A stretch of 64,000 bases of DNA from Histomonas meleagridis 2922-C6/04-290x (Eukaryota; Protista; Parabasalia). Numbering within the stretch: the stretch's first letter is position 1; every line of letters begins with the position of its first letter. The notes beneath the pieces are model-generated. The model saw only the letters and a program-made list of their open reading frames with translations. It did no database searches and was not told where the DNA came from. Below are positions 20,887-32,095 of this stretch, in pieces. Both the position numbers and the translations under genes were made by a program. Where the stretch lies: NCBI GenBank assembly GCA_020184695.1, contig JAANOX010000205.1:186001-250000 (forward strand). Reading direction: 5' to 3'.

Positions 20887-23856
20887 CTAAAATTCCGTTA
20901 TAGCTTCGTCCTCAAACAACTCAGCTGGACCAGCGAGCCCATAAATTTCTGTCATTTCTCTTTGTTCAATCTCTTCATTATATAACTCCACATCATGTTC
21001 TGAAACTTTCTTAATTCCAATTAAGAACCCTCTTAATATTTCTTTAAATTCTCCATAATTGGTTGAAGTCATAATTAAAGCTCTCGAAAATTCCAACAGT
21101 TCATTTTTTTCGTAAGTCGGATAAACGGTCGTCAACTTTTGTGTCAATTCATTTGCCAAATAATTCTCAGAATTTTCAATGTCACAAATCAGAACTTTAT
21201 GCGAATGAATTAACAGAAACAAATGTTGTAAAGTTCTCGAAATTGAGGAAAACAAAAACTTATGAGAACGATCAGTCATCACAGAAAACAGTTCATAAAC
21301 TATTGAAATAAAAAAGTTGTTGTAAAAATTCTTTTTGAATTCTTCGTCTTGATTAAGATCGACTTCGCTAATAATATTTGAAACACAATTGAAAGCGATT
21401 GTTGAAATGTTGTTGGTAGGATGTGATACGCCCCATAAAAGACAATTTAACAACATTGAAAATATGTCAAGTTGAAATGTGCCAAAAGTCGAAAATATTT
21501 TTGTTAAAACATTCGAAATCAATTTGAAGTATGAAAGTCGAATGTCAGGGAAATCATCAAAGTTTTCTTTTATCATATCAAATGTTGGTTGAATAATGTT
21601 ATTAAATAAGTCATTTATGTACATGTTAAAGTCATTCCCCAATTTTATCACCAACGTGGTGAAACAGTCGATGATTTGATGAAAACGAAAGATTGGATTC
21701 GACTGATTATAATCACTAAATAAAAATCCAATTATTGCATTGTTAAGTTCTGAACGTGGATTAGCTTCGAAAAACGAGTTAAATAATTCGAGTAAGATCG
21801 ATTTTGTACGAATTAGATTTGGATGTCCATTTAATAAATGAATTTGACTGGTATAAAAAGTACAGAGTTCAATAGTTTGTTGTACAATTTCAATCATTTG
21901 TGGATAATATGCAAAATCAGAAATTAAAAATATCGTCGAAAATATATGTATCGGAAAATTGACTTCCATGGAAATCCGATCATCACAACAATTCTCTGGA
22001 TTAAGATCTTGCTTAAACTGTCCCCAAATTTGAAGTGGCAAAATTAAAAGTTTAGAGATAAAAATTGGCTTATCAAAATTGTTAGGATGGAACTTAATAA
22101 GTGTGGCAATTGATTCGTATAATATTGGTACGGATGTCATTGGGAGTTGTTTGGATATAATTGAAATGTTATCAAGATATTCAATAAGAAATGTTTTTTG
22201 TTGTCCTGGATGAATTTGCAAAAGTGGTTTATAACATCGACTAACAATAGTTTTAAGTATATTAACTGTCATTATTTGGAGTGGCGGATATTTAACTTGA
22301 AGAAATATGGTCATCTTATCTGTAAGTTGTTTAAGAATTGGCCAATTATGAAATAGAAAACGTGGATATACCGAAGAAACAAACATATAACAACCACACA
22401 CTAATGCTTTACATTCTTCATTTTGTTGTAAATCAATATACTTGACAATAGTTTCTAAACAATTCCAAACAAATGATTGTTCCTTACTAATAGGGAATGA
22501 ACCTGATATTGATCCAATTGCCCAAGAAGCTCTTAAAATGTCGTTAATATTTTGTGCATTATTAAGATATTCTAAAAGAAATTGTTCCATACTATCACGT
22601 GATAAGTTCGAAAAACAAACAAGTGTAGAACGCATATTTTCATAAAATTCTGATTCTTGAGCTTCTTCGAAATCATTCGGCAAAAGTGGCGAAAACTCGG
22701 GCGGTTTTGCCATTTTTTGAATGAAAATACGTTGCAGCTGATATATCATCTCTGGCGGTGGCTTTACTTTGTGTTGCTCAAGAAAAAAGATCTTAGAAAG
22801 ATTTAACCAATATTCGACAGCTCTCTTCAATGAATCATGTTCTGCTGATATTGTTAATTGTATATACCACGCAAGTGCAAGTGAAGCAGATTCTGTCAAA
22901 ATGCCTAAAAGAAGTACAGAATGATCTAAAGTCAAAAAATGCCCCAACGTTATTATCAATTGATTCATATATTGTTCTGTTTGATATACATCTGTAATGA
23001 CATTATTTTCTCCAAGTGTACGTTGAATCATACCAATTAAGATATCAAAAACTTGGCGTATGTTTTTATTATCTGCTTCACATTGACTTATGGATTCAAA
23101 ACATAAAAGAACTTCATATCTGAAATTTGGGTTTGGAAAAAGATTAGTAACCATATGTTGGCAAAGAGGAGATTGGATAATTAAGCTCAAGTCTATCCAT
23201 CGTAAATAATGAGATAATGTTATTAAGGTCTGTTTCATTAACTCAACATCAGAATCTTGTTTCATTAATTCTTCTATAAATGAAAAAATAAGACTAAAAT
23301 CATTATCAAGTGCTCTTGATAATTCACTTTGTCGATTACTACTAATCATTTCATCTGAATACTCATGAACTTCTTCTAACAAAAGTGAGAGTATTGAAAG
23401 TCCATTAAGTGCACTACTTCTCGTCATCTTACATGCTTGAAGAAAATCGTGCATAAAGCTAGGCCAATTCATAGGCCATTCATTTTTTAATATTACTATT
23501 AAAACTTTATTTGCTGCTGAAAGAAGTTGTGGTGAAAATGATTCGTTACTCCAACTGAAAACTAAATCAAAATAAAATTTTTTGAAAAATTGTTTTTGTT
23601 CTTCTGGAAGTATTGACCAATATTTTTGTGCGCCATCTGAAAATAATCCCAATGCAATAAATCTAGATTGCATGTTCTGTGAATTTGCGACAATCTGTTG
23701 TGAAACAATCCAAGCGTCTGATCTTTGCTGAAATTTTAATAATGCTTCATGTGCCTCAATACCAATTTGTTCATTACAGGCTGCAAAAAGGTGATGGACA
23801 ATTTCGTCAAAGAGCTCAACATCTATTGGCATTCCTTCCTGCAAAAACTGTTCCAT
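20887..23856 (-). CDS. XPO1: Exportin-1/CRM1 homolog
   Basis: Importin-beta N domain, EWPxNWPSF, WAIGSISG, YPRFL..W..LK, C-terminal FK..LR.FL. Confidence 0.85.
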   Translation of the reverse strand: MEQFLQEGMPIDVELFDEIVHHLFAACNEQIGIEAHEALLKFQQRSDAWIVSQQIVANSQNMQSRFIALGLFSDGAQKYWSILPEEQKQFFKKFYFDLVFSWSNESFSPQLLSAANKVLIVILKNEWPMNWPSFMHDFLQACKMTRSSALNGLSILSLLLEEVHEYSDEMISSNRQSELSRALDNDFSLIFSFIEELMKQDSDVELMKQTLITLSHYLRWIDLSLIIQSPLCQHMVTNLFPNPNFRYEVLLCFESISQCEADNKNIRQVFDILIGMIQRTLGENNVITDVYQTEQYMNQLIITLGHFLTLDHSVLLLGILTESASLALAWYIQLTISAEHDSLKRAVEYWLNLSKIFFLEQHKVKPPPEMIYQLQRIFIQKMAKPPEFSPLLPNDFEEAQESEFYENMRSTLVCFSNLSRDSMEQFLLEYLNNAQNINDILRASWAIGSISGSFPISKEQSFVWNCLETIVKYIDLQQNEECKALVCGCYMFVSSVYPRFLFHNWPILKQLTDKMTIFLQVKYPPLQIMTVNILKTIVSRCYKPLLQIHPGQQKTFLIEYLDNISIISKQLPMTSVPILYESIATLIKFHPNNFDKPIFISKLLILPLQIWGQFKQDLNPENCCDDRISMEVNFPIHIFSTIFLISDFAYYPQMIEIVQQTIELCTFYTSQIHLLNGHPNLIRTKSILLELFNSFFEANPRSELNNAIIGFLFSDYNQSNPIFRFHQIIDCFTTLVIKLGNDFNMYINDLFNNIIQPTFDMIKENFDDFPDIRLSYFKLISNVLTKIFSTFGTFQLDIFSMLLNCLLWGVSHPTNNISTIAFNCVSNIISEVDLNQDEEFKKNFYNNFFISIVYELFSVMTDRSHKFLFSSISRTLQHLFLLIHSHKVLICDIENSENYLANELTQKLTTVYPTYEKNELLEFSRALIMTSTNYGEFKEILRGFLIGIKKVSEHDVELYNEEIEQREMTEIYGLAGPAELFEDEAITEF

Positions 23857-23939
23857 ATTTTGAACAAACGGTCACCAAATGTCATGTAAAGCATTCAATC
23901 ATAAATTTAAAAAATTTCAATACCTGGGAGACGTTTACT

Positions 23940-24842
23940 TCACTTCATTACTCTTCCTGTGATTGTGCGGCGAACCTTTTGCTTAGGCTCTGGCTTGGCA
24001 GCATCGAGGATCTTAAGCATCATTGTTGTCCTTGCACGCATCTTTTGGTGCATAAAGGCTTTGGCACATTTGATGTGGTAATGAAGATAATCACGGAACA
24101 TTGGAAGGTAGAATGAAATGTCTTCTCTCTTTCGTTCTGAAAGTTGGGCCGCTTGAAGACTGATTGTAACATATGCATACATGTTCTTGTCCTTGGTTGG
24201 AAGATCAAATGCGCCTAAATCAGCTGGTGGATCATTGGAATATGTAACAATGGGAGCATTCTTAACACGTGTTCGAGCTGCTGCAAGTTCTTGGAAGAAA
24301 ACTCCTGCAATAATTTTATCTCCTGGATCGCTGAAACGAATTGAAAATGTTGCTGCTGCTCCTTGAGATGTTGGGGTTATAAAGTAGCTTTCCATTGTTG
24401 ACCTACGGAAAGGAATTTCGAATGGTGCGAAGTTTGCCTTAGCTGTGACTTGTTCGGCGACAAAAATAATTGGAGCACCTAATACATAAGCCTTCATCCT
24501 AGAAGCAAGTGTGATCATTTCTTTTTGCTCCTTTTCGTTCATTTGAGTGAGGTTAAATTGAATTGCATGAGTATATTTGATGGCACCTTTTGCTTTTGGT
24601 TCGATCTTATACTTACCATAGTACTTTTCATAGGCTTCTTGAGCACCATACTCATCAAGCTCTTGAGCACAGGCAATGTACATGTCAACTTCGATGTTGT
24701 TTGTCTTTTTATCAACATGAAGACGGAATTTAACACCATCGAAGTCGCAAAATAGGTACTCACCTGAAAGCTTTTCGTGTGGCATAAGGCTTCGTTCGAG
24801 AAGGTTCCTGAGAATTGCTGATTCAAACTCGAGAATGATCAT
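23940..24842 (-). CDS. ARPC2: Arp2/3 complex 34 kDa subunit
   Basis: DFDGVKF, FFQELAAAR, FRDYLHYHIKCAKAFMHQKMRAR. Confidence 0.95.
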   Translation of the reverse strand: MIILEFESAILRNLLERSLMPHEKLSGEYLFCDFDGVKFRLHVDKKTNNIEVDMYIACAQELDEYGAQEAYEKYYGKYKIEPKAKGAIKYTHAIQFNLTQMNEKEQKEMITLASRMKAYVLGAPIIFVAEQVTAKANFAPFEIPFRRSTMESYFITPTSQGAAATFSIRFSDPGDKIIAGVFFQELAAARTRVKNAPIVTYSNDPPADLGAFDLPTKDKNMYAYVTISLQAAQLSERKREDISFYLPMFRDYLHYHIKCAKAFMHQKMRARTTMMLKILDAAKPEPKQKVRRTITGRVMK

Positions 24843-25199
24843 TTGGAATTCCCTAAATAAAGTAAATTTATCTCAAAAATTGGGAACAACCGCTTATTCA
24901 AATGTGACATGTAAAACATTTCCCTTCCGTCTGCAAAGTTGGACGCCTGTGAGAAATTTGGGATAAAAAGACAAAATTGTGTGATCTAAATGTTTAAACA
25001 CCAAGCAATATATAACTAGTTATGAATTTTTATAAAAATACAAATTATCAATAAAATTGTAAGTCGTTAACCCAAAAAGAACCTTAAATATTTAATGGTT
25101 TTTGCATCCAACAAAAAAGATTTTAACAATGTCAAAAATGAAATATTAAAATTGGGAATAATTAAAGCTCGATTTTTATATGATTTTTGATATTTTTCA

Positions 25200-25895
25200 T
25201 TAGTTATCAAACCAAAACACAATTCGGATATTGCTTGAGTTATTGTATGCACCGTTTGGGTCTTCTTCCCATTGCCATAATGGGATTACACCAATTTTGT
25301 CAACTTGTTTCTTAATAGCTTCCACAAGTTTATCAATTGGGCATTTTGTTTCCCATTCCCGCCAAACCAAATCAAAATTATCGTATCGATTATCTTGATA
25401 AATATAATATGGAGTTATTCCAAATTCATCAAATTGTTCCATCTCTTCTAGTGAAATCATCCCAGACATTTTTTTAGGTTGAAAATTTTTCTGGTATTGA
25501 ACAAGTTCATTGAGTTTTAAGTATGAGTGACTATGAGCATCACCACTCCACCTCACCACTTCCTCCATCACTTCCTTTGAAACATCATTAGGAATTCCGC
25601 GACTTTCACTTATGATTTCAAGTTCATTTTCATCATCATTACGAACATTTGCCATTACTGCAAACATTTGGTAGTCCCTTCCTACTCTAAGTTCTTCAGG
25701 CATGAGTTTTATAGGTTCTTGGTTTCCTTCTTCCCCATATTGATCTCCACATTTCCATTCTCCAAAATAAATATCTTCTACTAAATCATCTCCACATTTC
25801 CATTCTCCTTCTTGATAAATAGGGTTATTATTTGCATCATAGCCAATTATTTTTTTTTCTTTGTATTCGACATGAACATGAACATCGCATCCCAT
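25200..25895 (-). CDS. Phage/bacterial-type uncharacterised protein (MGCDxH...RIVFWFDN family)
   Basis: MGCDVH, RDYQMFAVMANVRN, RGIPNDVS, DAHSHSYLKL.EL, RIVFWFDN; family recognised from memory, not searched. Confidence 0.7.
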   Translation of the reverse strand: MGCDVHVHVEYKEKKIIGYDANNNPIYQEGEWKCGDDLVEDIYFGEWKCGDQYGEEGNQEPIKLMPEELRVGRDYQMFAVMANVRNDDENELEIISESRGIPNDVSKEVMEEVVRWSGDAHSHSYLKLNELVQYQKNFQPKKMSGMISLEEMEQFDEFGITPYYIYQDNRYDNFDLVWREWETKCPIDKLVEAIKKQVDKIGVIPLWQWEEDPNGAYNNSSNIRIVFWFDN

Positions 25896-26139
25896 TAATG
25901 GGTATACCAGAAAAACGATACATTTTTTGGAAAGACAGCCTCCCGAAATAAACGGTCTTTATAAAAACTTAAAATGCATTTTTCTTTATTATTCAAGAAA
26001 ACGCAAAAATGATTTCAAGTATATAAAGAAGGAAATTATCAAAACAAAAGTTAACATAAGCACTCAATCTTATGAAAGTCATCAAAGCCACAAAATAAAT
26101 TGTAATATTTTACTTTTGCTGTTTAAAATAAGACATATG

Positions 26140-26560
26140 TACATATATAAACTGTGCAATATAAAATTTATTCTATTTTCTGTACCATCATTTGATTGAC
26201 ATATATCTCTTCTTTAGATGAATGCTCAGCAAGAAACGCATATCAAAGTCGAACGCAACATCTTATTATTGAAAGTGGTGTTGAAGAATTAGGTCTAATG
26301 CTTTTTCTAAATGGGGCTCATTCGAAGGAGATTATTCAGTTACATCAATTGGATGTTATGTTTGTGATTGTTTTGTTAAATTAGATACAATTATTGGGAA
26401 AATATATTGACAATTTGAAGTACTGCATTTAGTTGTTTTCCATCATTTGCAATATTACAATTCCGAATTCAGTCATTTCAATTGAATCAACTGCATTTTT
26501 ACATTGTACATCACTTCTATTTATTGAAGTATCTGAAGGAAATAATTATTATCGTATTGC
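26140..26560 (+). pseudogene. Decayed BspA LRR fragment
   Basis: Frame-broken pieces IIESGVEELG/NAFSKW and ITIPNSVISIESTAFLHCTSL. Confidence 0.65.
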
Positions 26561-27239
26561 ATTTTAAATTCTGAATTCAGTCACAACAATTAGGATTAAT
26601 GTGTTCAATGGTTGATCACTCTTGGAGAGAGACTGACACAAAGTTAAATTTTTCGTGTTTTTTCTGTGTAATATTTAAACGGTCACTATAATTTTTTTTC
26701 TTAATTTTTTTTTTTTTTACTAAAGATCTTCAAAATAAATTTCTAATTTTGGTGAAAGAAATTAGATTTTCATAATTTTTTTTTATTGTTTTTTTAAAAT
26801 TATGTGCTTATTTTAGAATTGAATATTTTAACAATTTCAAGTTATTGAAAAAATCATTCTATTCCATTGGAGGAGATTGTTCTACATAAACTTTGTCAAC
26901 CTGGCAATCGTGCCATTTTCAAAATAGCTTGAATGTTCAAGATGAACAAGATATTATAGAAAAAAAGAAATTCTATGTTTAAATATCTTATAATATAAAT
27001 GAACATATAAAAAATTTGGGAAAAATATGTTAATGCTTGCAAATATTTTTATATATCTGTATAAATTATAACAACCTGATCTCCGATTTCTAGGCAATTA
27101 ATCTCAGAAAAATTCTTTGGTTTATTTATGATATTTCCATTGCGTGCTGTCAATTTTCTTTTTTTTTACTAAAAAATCGTCAAATTTAAGTTTAGCCGTT
27201 TGAATATATAATTCAAATAACCCCCACTTGTTTAAGTCG

Positions 27240-30200
27240 ATGAACACGAACATTCTCAAGGTATTCGAACTCAAAGGTGCAAATTTAATACCAGAATTAG
27301 GCGCATCTGTTCTTCACCTTTGGGGTACAAAAGATGATATTGAACCATTAAAAGATGTTGTCGTTGCAGCAGGAAAAGGAGCATTATTACTTGCAGACTT
27401 TGACGGAAACACAATACTTCATTATGCTGCAATTTCATCTGCCTTAAAAATTAGTGCTTTCATGGTTGAACAATTTCCTCAAGATCATTTTCAAAACATC
27501 AACAAAATTACACCTGCACATATAGCGGCACAACAAGGTAATGTTGATCTTTTAGCCATATATCAAAACTCCACAACATTACTTACTGATTTATCATCCA
27601 ATGGTTGGAGCCCACTTCATTTTGCCATTTATTATGGTCAAATCGAAGCTGTTCGTTTTCTTCTAGAGAACAAAATCAATTCAGTCGATGACTTAATTCT
27701 AGGTGCCGAATCTACAATTCCATTTCTTAATCATCGGCGACTTAGATTTGTATCTCCATATGATCTTGCATTAATAGCCGGTCAAAAAGAGATAGCTGCA
27801 CTTCTTGAAACGTATGATGCACTTCCTTCATTACATTCAGCAGTTTCAAAACGTGATCTTTTAGCCATAACTTATCTTGTTGAGTCACCATTTTCACCAT
27901 TTAAAGACAAAATTGATCTTCAAGCTGGGCGTTCCAAGTACACGCCATTACATATTGCTGCGTTAAGAGGCTATTATGACATTTGTCATTATTTGATCCA
28001 ATCTAATGCATCACTAACAGTTGTTGACTCCAATGGCTTATCACCATTAGAACTTGCCGTCACGTCTAAATCTGTTCAAACGATTGCGACCATTAGTGAA
28101 TTCTCATCTGAAGAACAAAACACAAATGCGTTATTCTTAGCCGCAGACTTAGGGAAAAAAGAATTTGCATTTGAACTTATCAAGTCAAAAATATCAACAT
28201 CCGCTATTTCTGAAGATGGTGATTCCATATTAATACGCTTAATCAAACGTAATCTTTTAGATGTTGCGTCTAAATTCCTTATACAATGTCAGCCAGATGT
28301 TAATATCAAAGATCCATTTGGAGCCACTGCATTACATTATGCATGTGTAACAGATAAATTTGATTTTGTCAAAGATATAATTGGATTATTTAAGTTAGAT
28401 TTAAATGAAAAAGATAATTTAGGATTAACGCCATTAATGTATTTGATTCTTTCAGGGAATACTCAAAGTATTCCAGAACTAAACAAAACTAATAATGATA
28501 TAGCATGTGATTGTGGGTTAACGCCATTCATAATTGATTATGCATTTGGTATTACAAGTTTATTAACGCCTACAAAGAATACGCCACAAGAACGATATAC
28601 AATTAATTTTAAGAAAGTCATTGAGTTAGTTGAGAAACATAAATTACCTAAAAAAACTATTAAATTATCAAATGAAGATTTTGTTACTCCTACAATTAAT
28701 TTGATTAATCCAGAAGTTGAAAAGGTTTTAATGAAATTCAAAAACTTCGGTGATTATGAAGTCTCGAATATTACTATATTACATATGGAAGCTTTTGGTG
28801 TATCAGGTAAATTCATTGAAGTAACAATTAAAAGTTTTCGTGAATTAATTGAAGAAAAAGATTCATTAGGTAGAATCCCAATTCATTATGCAGTGATTGC
28901 AAGTAATTTACAAGCATGTGAAATCTTTTCGAAAGAAATGGGTAAGTTAAATCATCGAGATAAATTCGGAAATACGATTTTCCATTTTTTATCTGATGAT
29001 ACAATGTTATCTATGGCTAAACGATTTTATAAAGCAAGTGAATTTACATTAACAGAAGTTAATAATGATGGCCAAAATCCATTCCATACCATATGTAAGA
29101 GTGGTGCAGTAGAAATCTTAAAATTCTTCTTACAAACAATTGACATTGAAAATCGATCTGCATTAAATGCTATTGATAAATTTGGTAAAACTCCATTAGA
29201 TTATGCAATCGAAAATAAGAACATTGAATGTATTCATTTATTACATTCTATGGGTATTGAGAACAAATTAAATACATTTGTAACTAATAATAACATTGAA
29301 GAATTAAAGAAATTCATTGATTTAGGTTATCCTATTAATTCATCAGATAAAAGTGGTATGACACCATTACATTATGCAACAGTATCATCTAACATTGAAA
29401 TGATCAAATATTTATTATCTAAAGGTGCTGATGTTCATGCGAATAATTCACAATCAATGATGCCAATACATTATGCAGCCAAAATGAATGATTTCGAAGT
29501 CATTAAAGCATTATTAACTACAAAGCATCGATTAAATGAACTTAAAGATTCGAATCAACCATATTTATTATCTACTGATTCCACATGTAAATTATTTTTA
29601 TTCCAATATTGGAAACGAGAATTATTATATAAGAACTTAATGAACTTAATGCAAAATCGAATACAATCGATAACTGAGTTACAAATCTTTTGTAATTCAT
29701 GTAAAACGTTTTCATTTAATGATATTAATAATTTTGCACATCGAATTATCTTCATTCAAACGACATTATCTAAGATCGACTTTAACTTTTCAACGTCATT
29801 ACATCATTTCTTACAAATATTTAATACATTAGATTTAACGACATATGTTAATAAACTTAAAGTAGATTTTAATAAAATCGTTGATAATACTATTGGCAAA
29901 GAATTCTTTGCACATAACAAACTTGAAAATCAAACGAAAATTGTTGTTGTAATTAACTTATTAATGATGTTTTATCCACTTTTATGGGTTATAGATGTTT
30001 CATTTTATATTAAAGAATTATGTAAACATTCGATTGAATCGATTGATGACATGAAGATGATCAAAATAATTCAAGACAATATTGAAAAGCAAGAAACATT
30101 AGCCATAAACACATTTAATGAATTAAGTCCTGAAGTTAATAAGAACATTATCCAATTATTAGAATTACCACAAATTATACATTCACAACTTAATAATGGT

Positions 30201-30809
30201 ATTATCTATATTGGAATTGCACGTATTTCTGGTATTCATTCCAACCTAAATTATATCTTCCAATCACAATTCAATCATACATTTAAGCGAATATTTAACG
30301 ACAATTATTATTCTTTCCCTCGATCAATACCATTCCAAAATAAACAAAACTTAATTGTGATAGCTACACGTAGTTATATCATTATGTTCTCAAATGATAA
30401 GCCAGAAGTATTTATTACGATACCAATACCAATGATATGGACTTACCAAAAAGGTATGTCATATAAACTAATGTCTCCAGTAGGAAGATTTGATTTAAGG
30501 TTCAAAAATGATAACTCATTAGTGTTGGGAAGTCTGGTAACTGCTATAAAGACTTCAACTATAGGTTATAACGTAGGACAAAGTCATTTCCAAAAGAAGA
30601 AGGACCGTTTGTTCCAATGCTTAATATGTTACGCGTCCTCCTTAAAGAACGCACATATTAAATTGTTGGTGGTGAAAGCTGGTGATAAAGAAGAGTGCGA
30701 CGACATTTGTAAAGAACATTTGAGGGAGACCGTTAACACACCGATTTTGTTGACGACCGTTATACCGTTTGATATAACAGATTCAATTGAAGACTTAGTA
30801 ATTATTTAA
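27240..30809 (+). CDS. Large multi-ankyrin protein with possible PH-like C-terminal region
   Basis: Many uninterrupted ankyrin repeats (GWSPLHFA, YTPLHIAA, GMTPLHYA); first ATG at 27240. Confidence 0.85.
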   Translation: MNTNILKVFELKGANLIPELGASVLHLWGTKDDIEPLKDVVVAAGKGALLLADFDGNTILHYAAISSALKISAFMVEQFPQDHFQNINKITPAHIAAQQGNVDLLAIYQNSTTLLTDLSSNGWSPLHFAIYYGQIEAVRFLLENKINSVDDLILGAESTIPFLNHRRLRFVSPYDLALIAGQKEIAALLETYDALPSLHSAVSKRDLLAITYLVESPFSPFKDKIDLQAGRSKYTPLHIAALRGYYDICHYLIQSNASLTVVDSNGLSPLELAVTSKSVQTIATISEFSSEEQNTNALFLAADLGKKEFAFELIKSKISTSAISEDGDSILIRLIKRNLLDVASKFLIQCQPDVNIKDPFGATALHYACVTDKFDFVKDIIGLFKLDLNEKDNLGLTPLMYLILSGNTQSIPELNKTNNDIACDCGLTPFIIDYAFGITSLLTPTKNTPQERYTINFKKVIELVEKHKLPKKTIKLSNEDFVTPTINLINPEVEKVLMKFKNFGDYEVSNITILHMEAFGVSGKFIEVTIKSFRELIEEKDSLGRIPIHYAVIASNLQACEIFSKEMGKLNHRDKFGNTIFHFLSDDTMLSMAKRFYKASEFTLTEVNNDGQNPFHTICKSGAVEILKFFLQTIDIENRSALNAIDKFGKTPLDYAIENKNIECIHLLHSMGIENKLNTFVTNNNIEELKKFIDLGYPINSSDKSGMTPLHYATVSSNIEMIKYLLSKGADVHANNSQSMMPIHYAAKMNDFEVIKALLTTKHRLNELKDSNQPYLLSTDSTCKLFLFQYWKRELLYKNLMNLMQNRIQSITELQIFCNSCKTFSFNDINNFAHRIIFIQTTLSKIDFNFSTSLHHFLQIFNTLDLTTYVNKLKVDFNKIVDNTIGKEFFAHNKLENQTKIVVVINLLMMFYPLLWVIDVSFYIKELCKHSIESIDDMKMIKIIQDNIEKQETLAINTFNELSPEVNKNIIQLLELPQIIHSQLNNGIIYIGIARISGIHSNLNYIFQSQFNHTFKRIFNDNYYSFPRSIPFQNKQNLIVIATRSYIIMFSNDKPEVFITIPIPMIWTYQKGMSYKLMSPVGRFDLRFKNDNSLVLGSLVTAIKTSTIGYNVGQSHFQKKKDRLFQCLICYASSLKNAHIKLLVVKAGDKEECDDICKEHLRETVNTPILLTTVIPFDITDSIEDLVII

Positions 30810-30891
30810 AACAAGAGAATAATAATAAATAACAAAGTGGGTGAATATGTCTTTTTTATTTGTTTAATATAAATTGAAACATTTTGTAAAT

Positions 30892-31158
30892 CTATTTAGA
30901 ACTCGTTTTCTTCTTGACAAATTTCGCTCCTTCAAATCCTGGCCGAGTTTTGGTGTTCTTGGGTTTGTATTTGACTGGCTGATATTTCGGCTTTTCTTCG
31001 GGTTCGGATTTATCTGGAACTTTCTGTTTTTCTTTTGCTTCTGGCTTTTTGGTATTTGTCTGTTCTTTCGATTCAGTGCTTAGCTCATTGGCTGGAAGAA
31101 AATAAAAAAGTTTATCAAAGAACTCTTTGTGTTGTGCGAGTTCTCCAATTTCGACCAT
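30892..31158 (-). CDS. Small basic protein, Rrp14/SURF6 N-terminal-like
   Basis: LAQHKEFFDKLFYFLPA resembles the Rrp14-N H..FD.L..LIPA motif; Lys-rich tail. Confidence 0.45.
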   Translation of the reverse strand: MVEIGELAQHKEFFDKLFYFLPANELSTESKEQTNTKKPEAKEKQKVPDKSEPEEKPKYQPVKYKPKNTKTRPGFEGAKFVKKKTSSK

Positions 31159-32095
31159 AATATATCAAACAAAGTTAGTCAAATTGCTCAGATTTTTTTT
31201 AATTGTACGAATGCAATAAATCAAGAAAATTAATAAAAGCTATTATAAAAGGTTAGCCTAAAAATTGCAAAGTTATAGCTATTATTTTTTCCATGCACAA
31301 AATTCAATGATGATATTTATAGCTTTAGAGCCATCAATGACTTAGAATAAAATTGTTTTAATAGAAAAATTGTTATCATAAGTTTGAAATCAAAATGAAT
31401 CCCAATAGAATAAGGTGCTATTCTTTTTTTATTTCATCTCATATATTATTTGTTGATTGAAGTAAAACATAAAAAAATTACAACAATATTAAGAAAACTA
31501 ATAAATGGACTTAACACCAGTATTTATTAAATCAAATTCGACTTAATAATAATGTCGTCACATAATTATGTTCAGTCTGCTATAATTACAAATAAAATCA
31601 ATGTGAAGAAAACTTCAAGACGATTATGATTAATCACGAAATTGAAGATCCATTTGCGAATGATTTCAAAGAACATGATATGTTTTGACATTACAATATA
31701 TATGTAAAGAAGTTTTATCATAAGTAATTTTCGAAAGTGATTTAATAAATAATTTCATAGTGTTTGAGTAATTAAATGAATTTTTTGGAACATAATTTTT
31801 TGTAAATCATATTCGTGGAAGAAAGAATGAAACTATATAAAAGCTTCCATTTTGTACTCACCAAATTAATCTGAAATTGAAATAATATTATTCAGGAAAT
31901 CATATCAATTTCAAATTAAAATTATATTACAATTTGTTAAATTTTATCCATTGGTCCAACCGTTAGACTCTTGATCTCGTCAAGTCAATTGGTTCATCTT
32001 CTTTCTGACTTTAATTTTATATTCTAAATGCATCTGTTGTAACGCCACCGTTTAAAGTATGTTAAGAATATATAAACGGCTGCTTTCAAATACTG

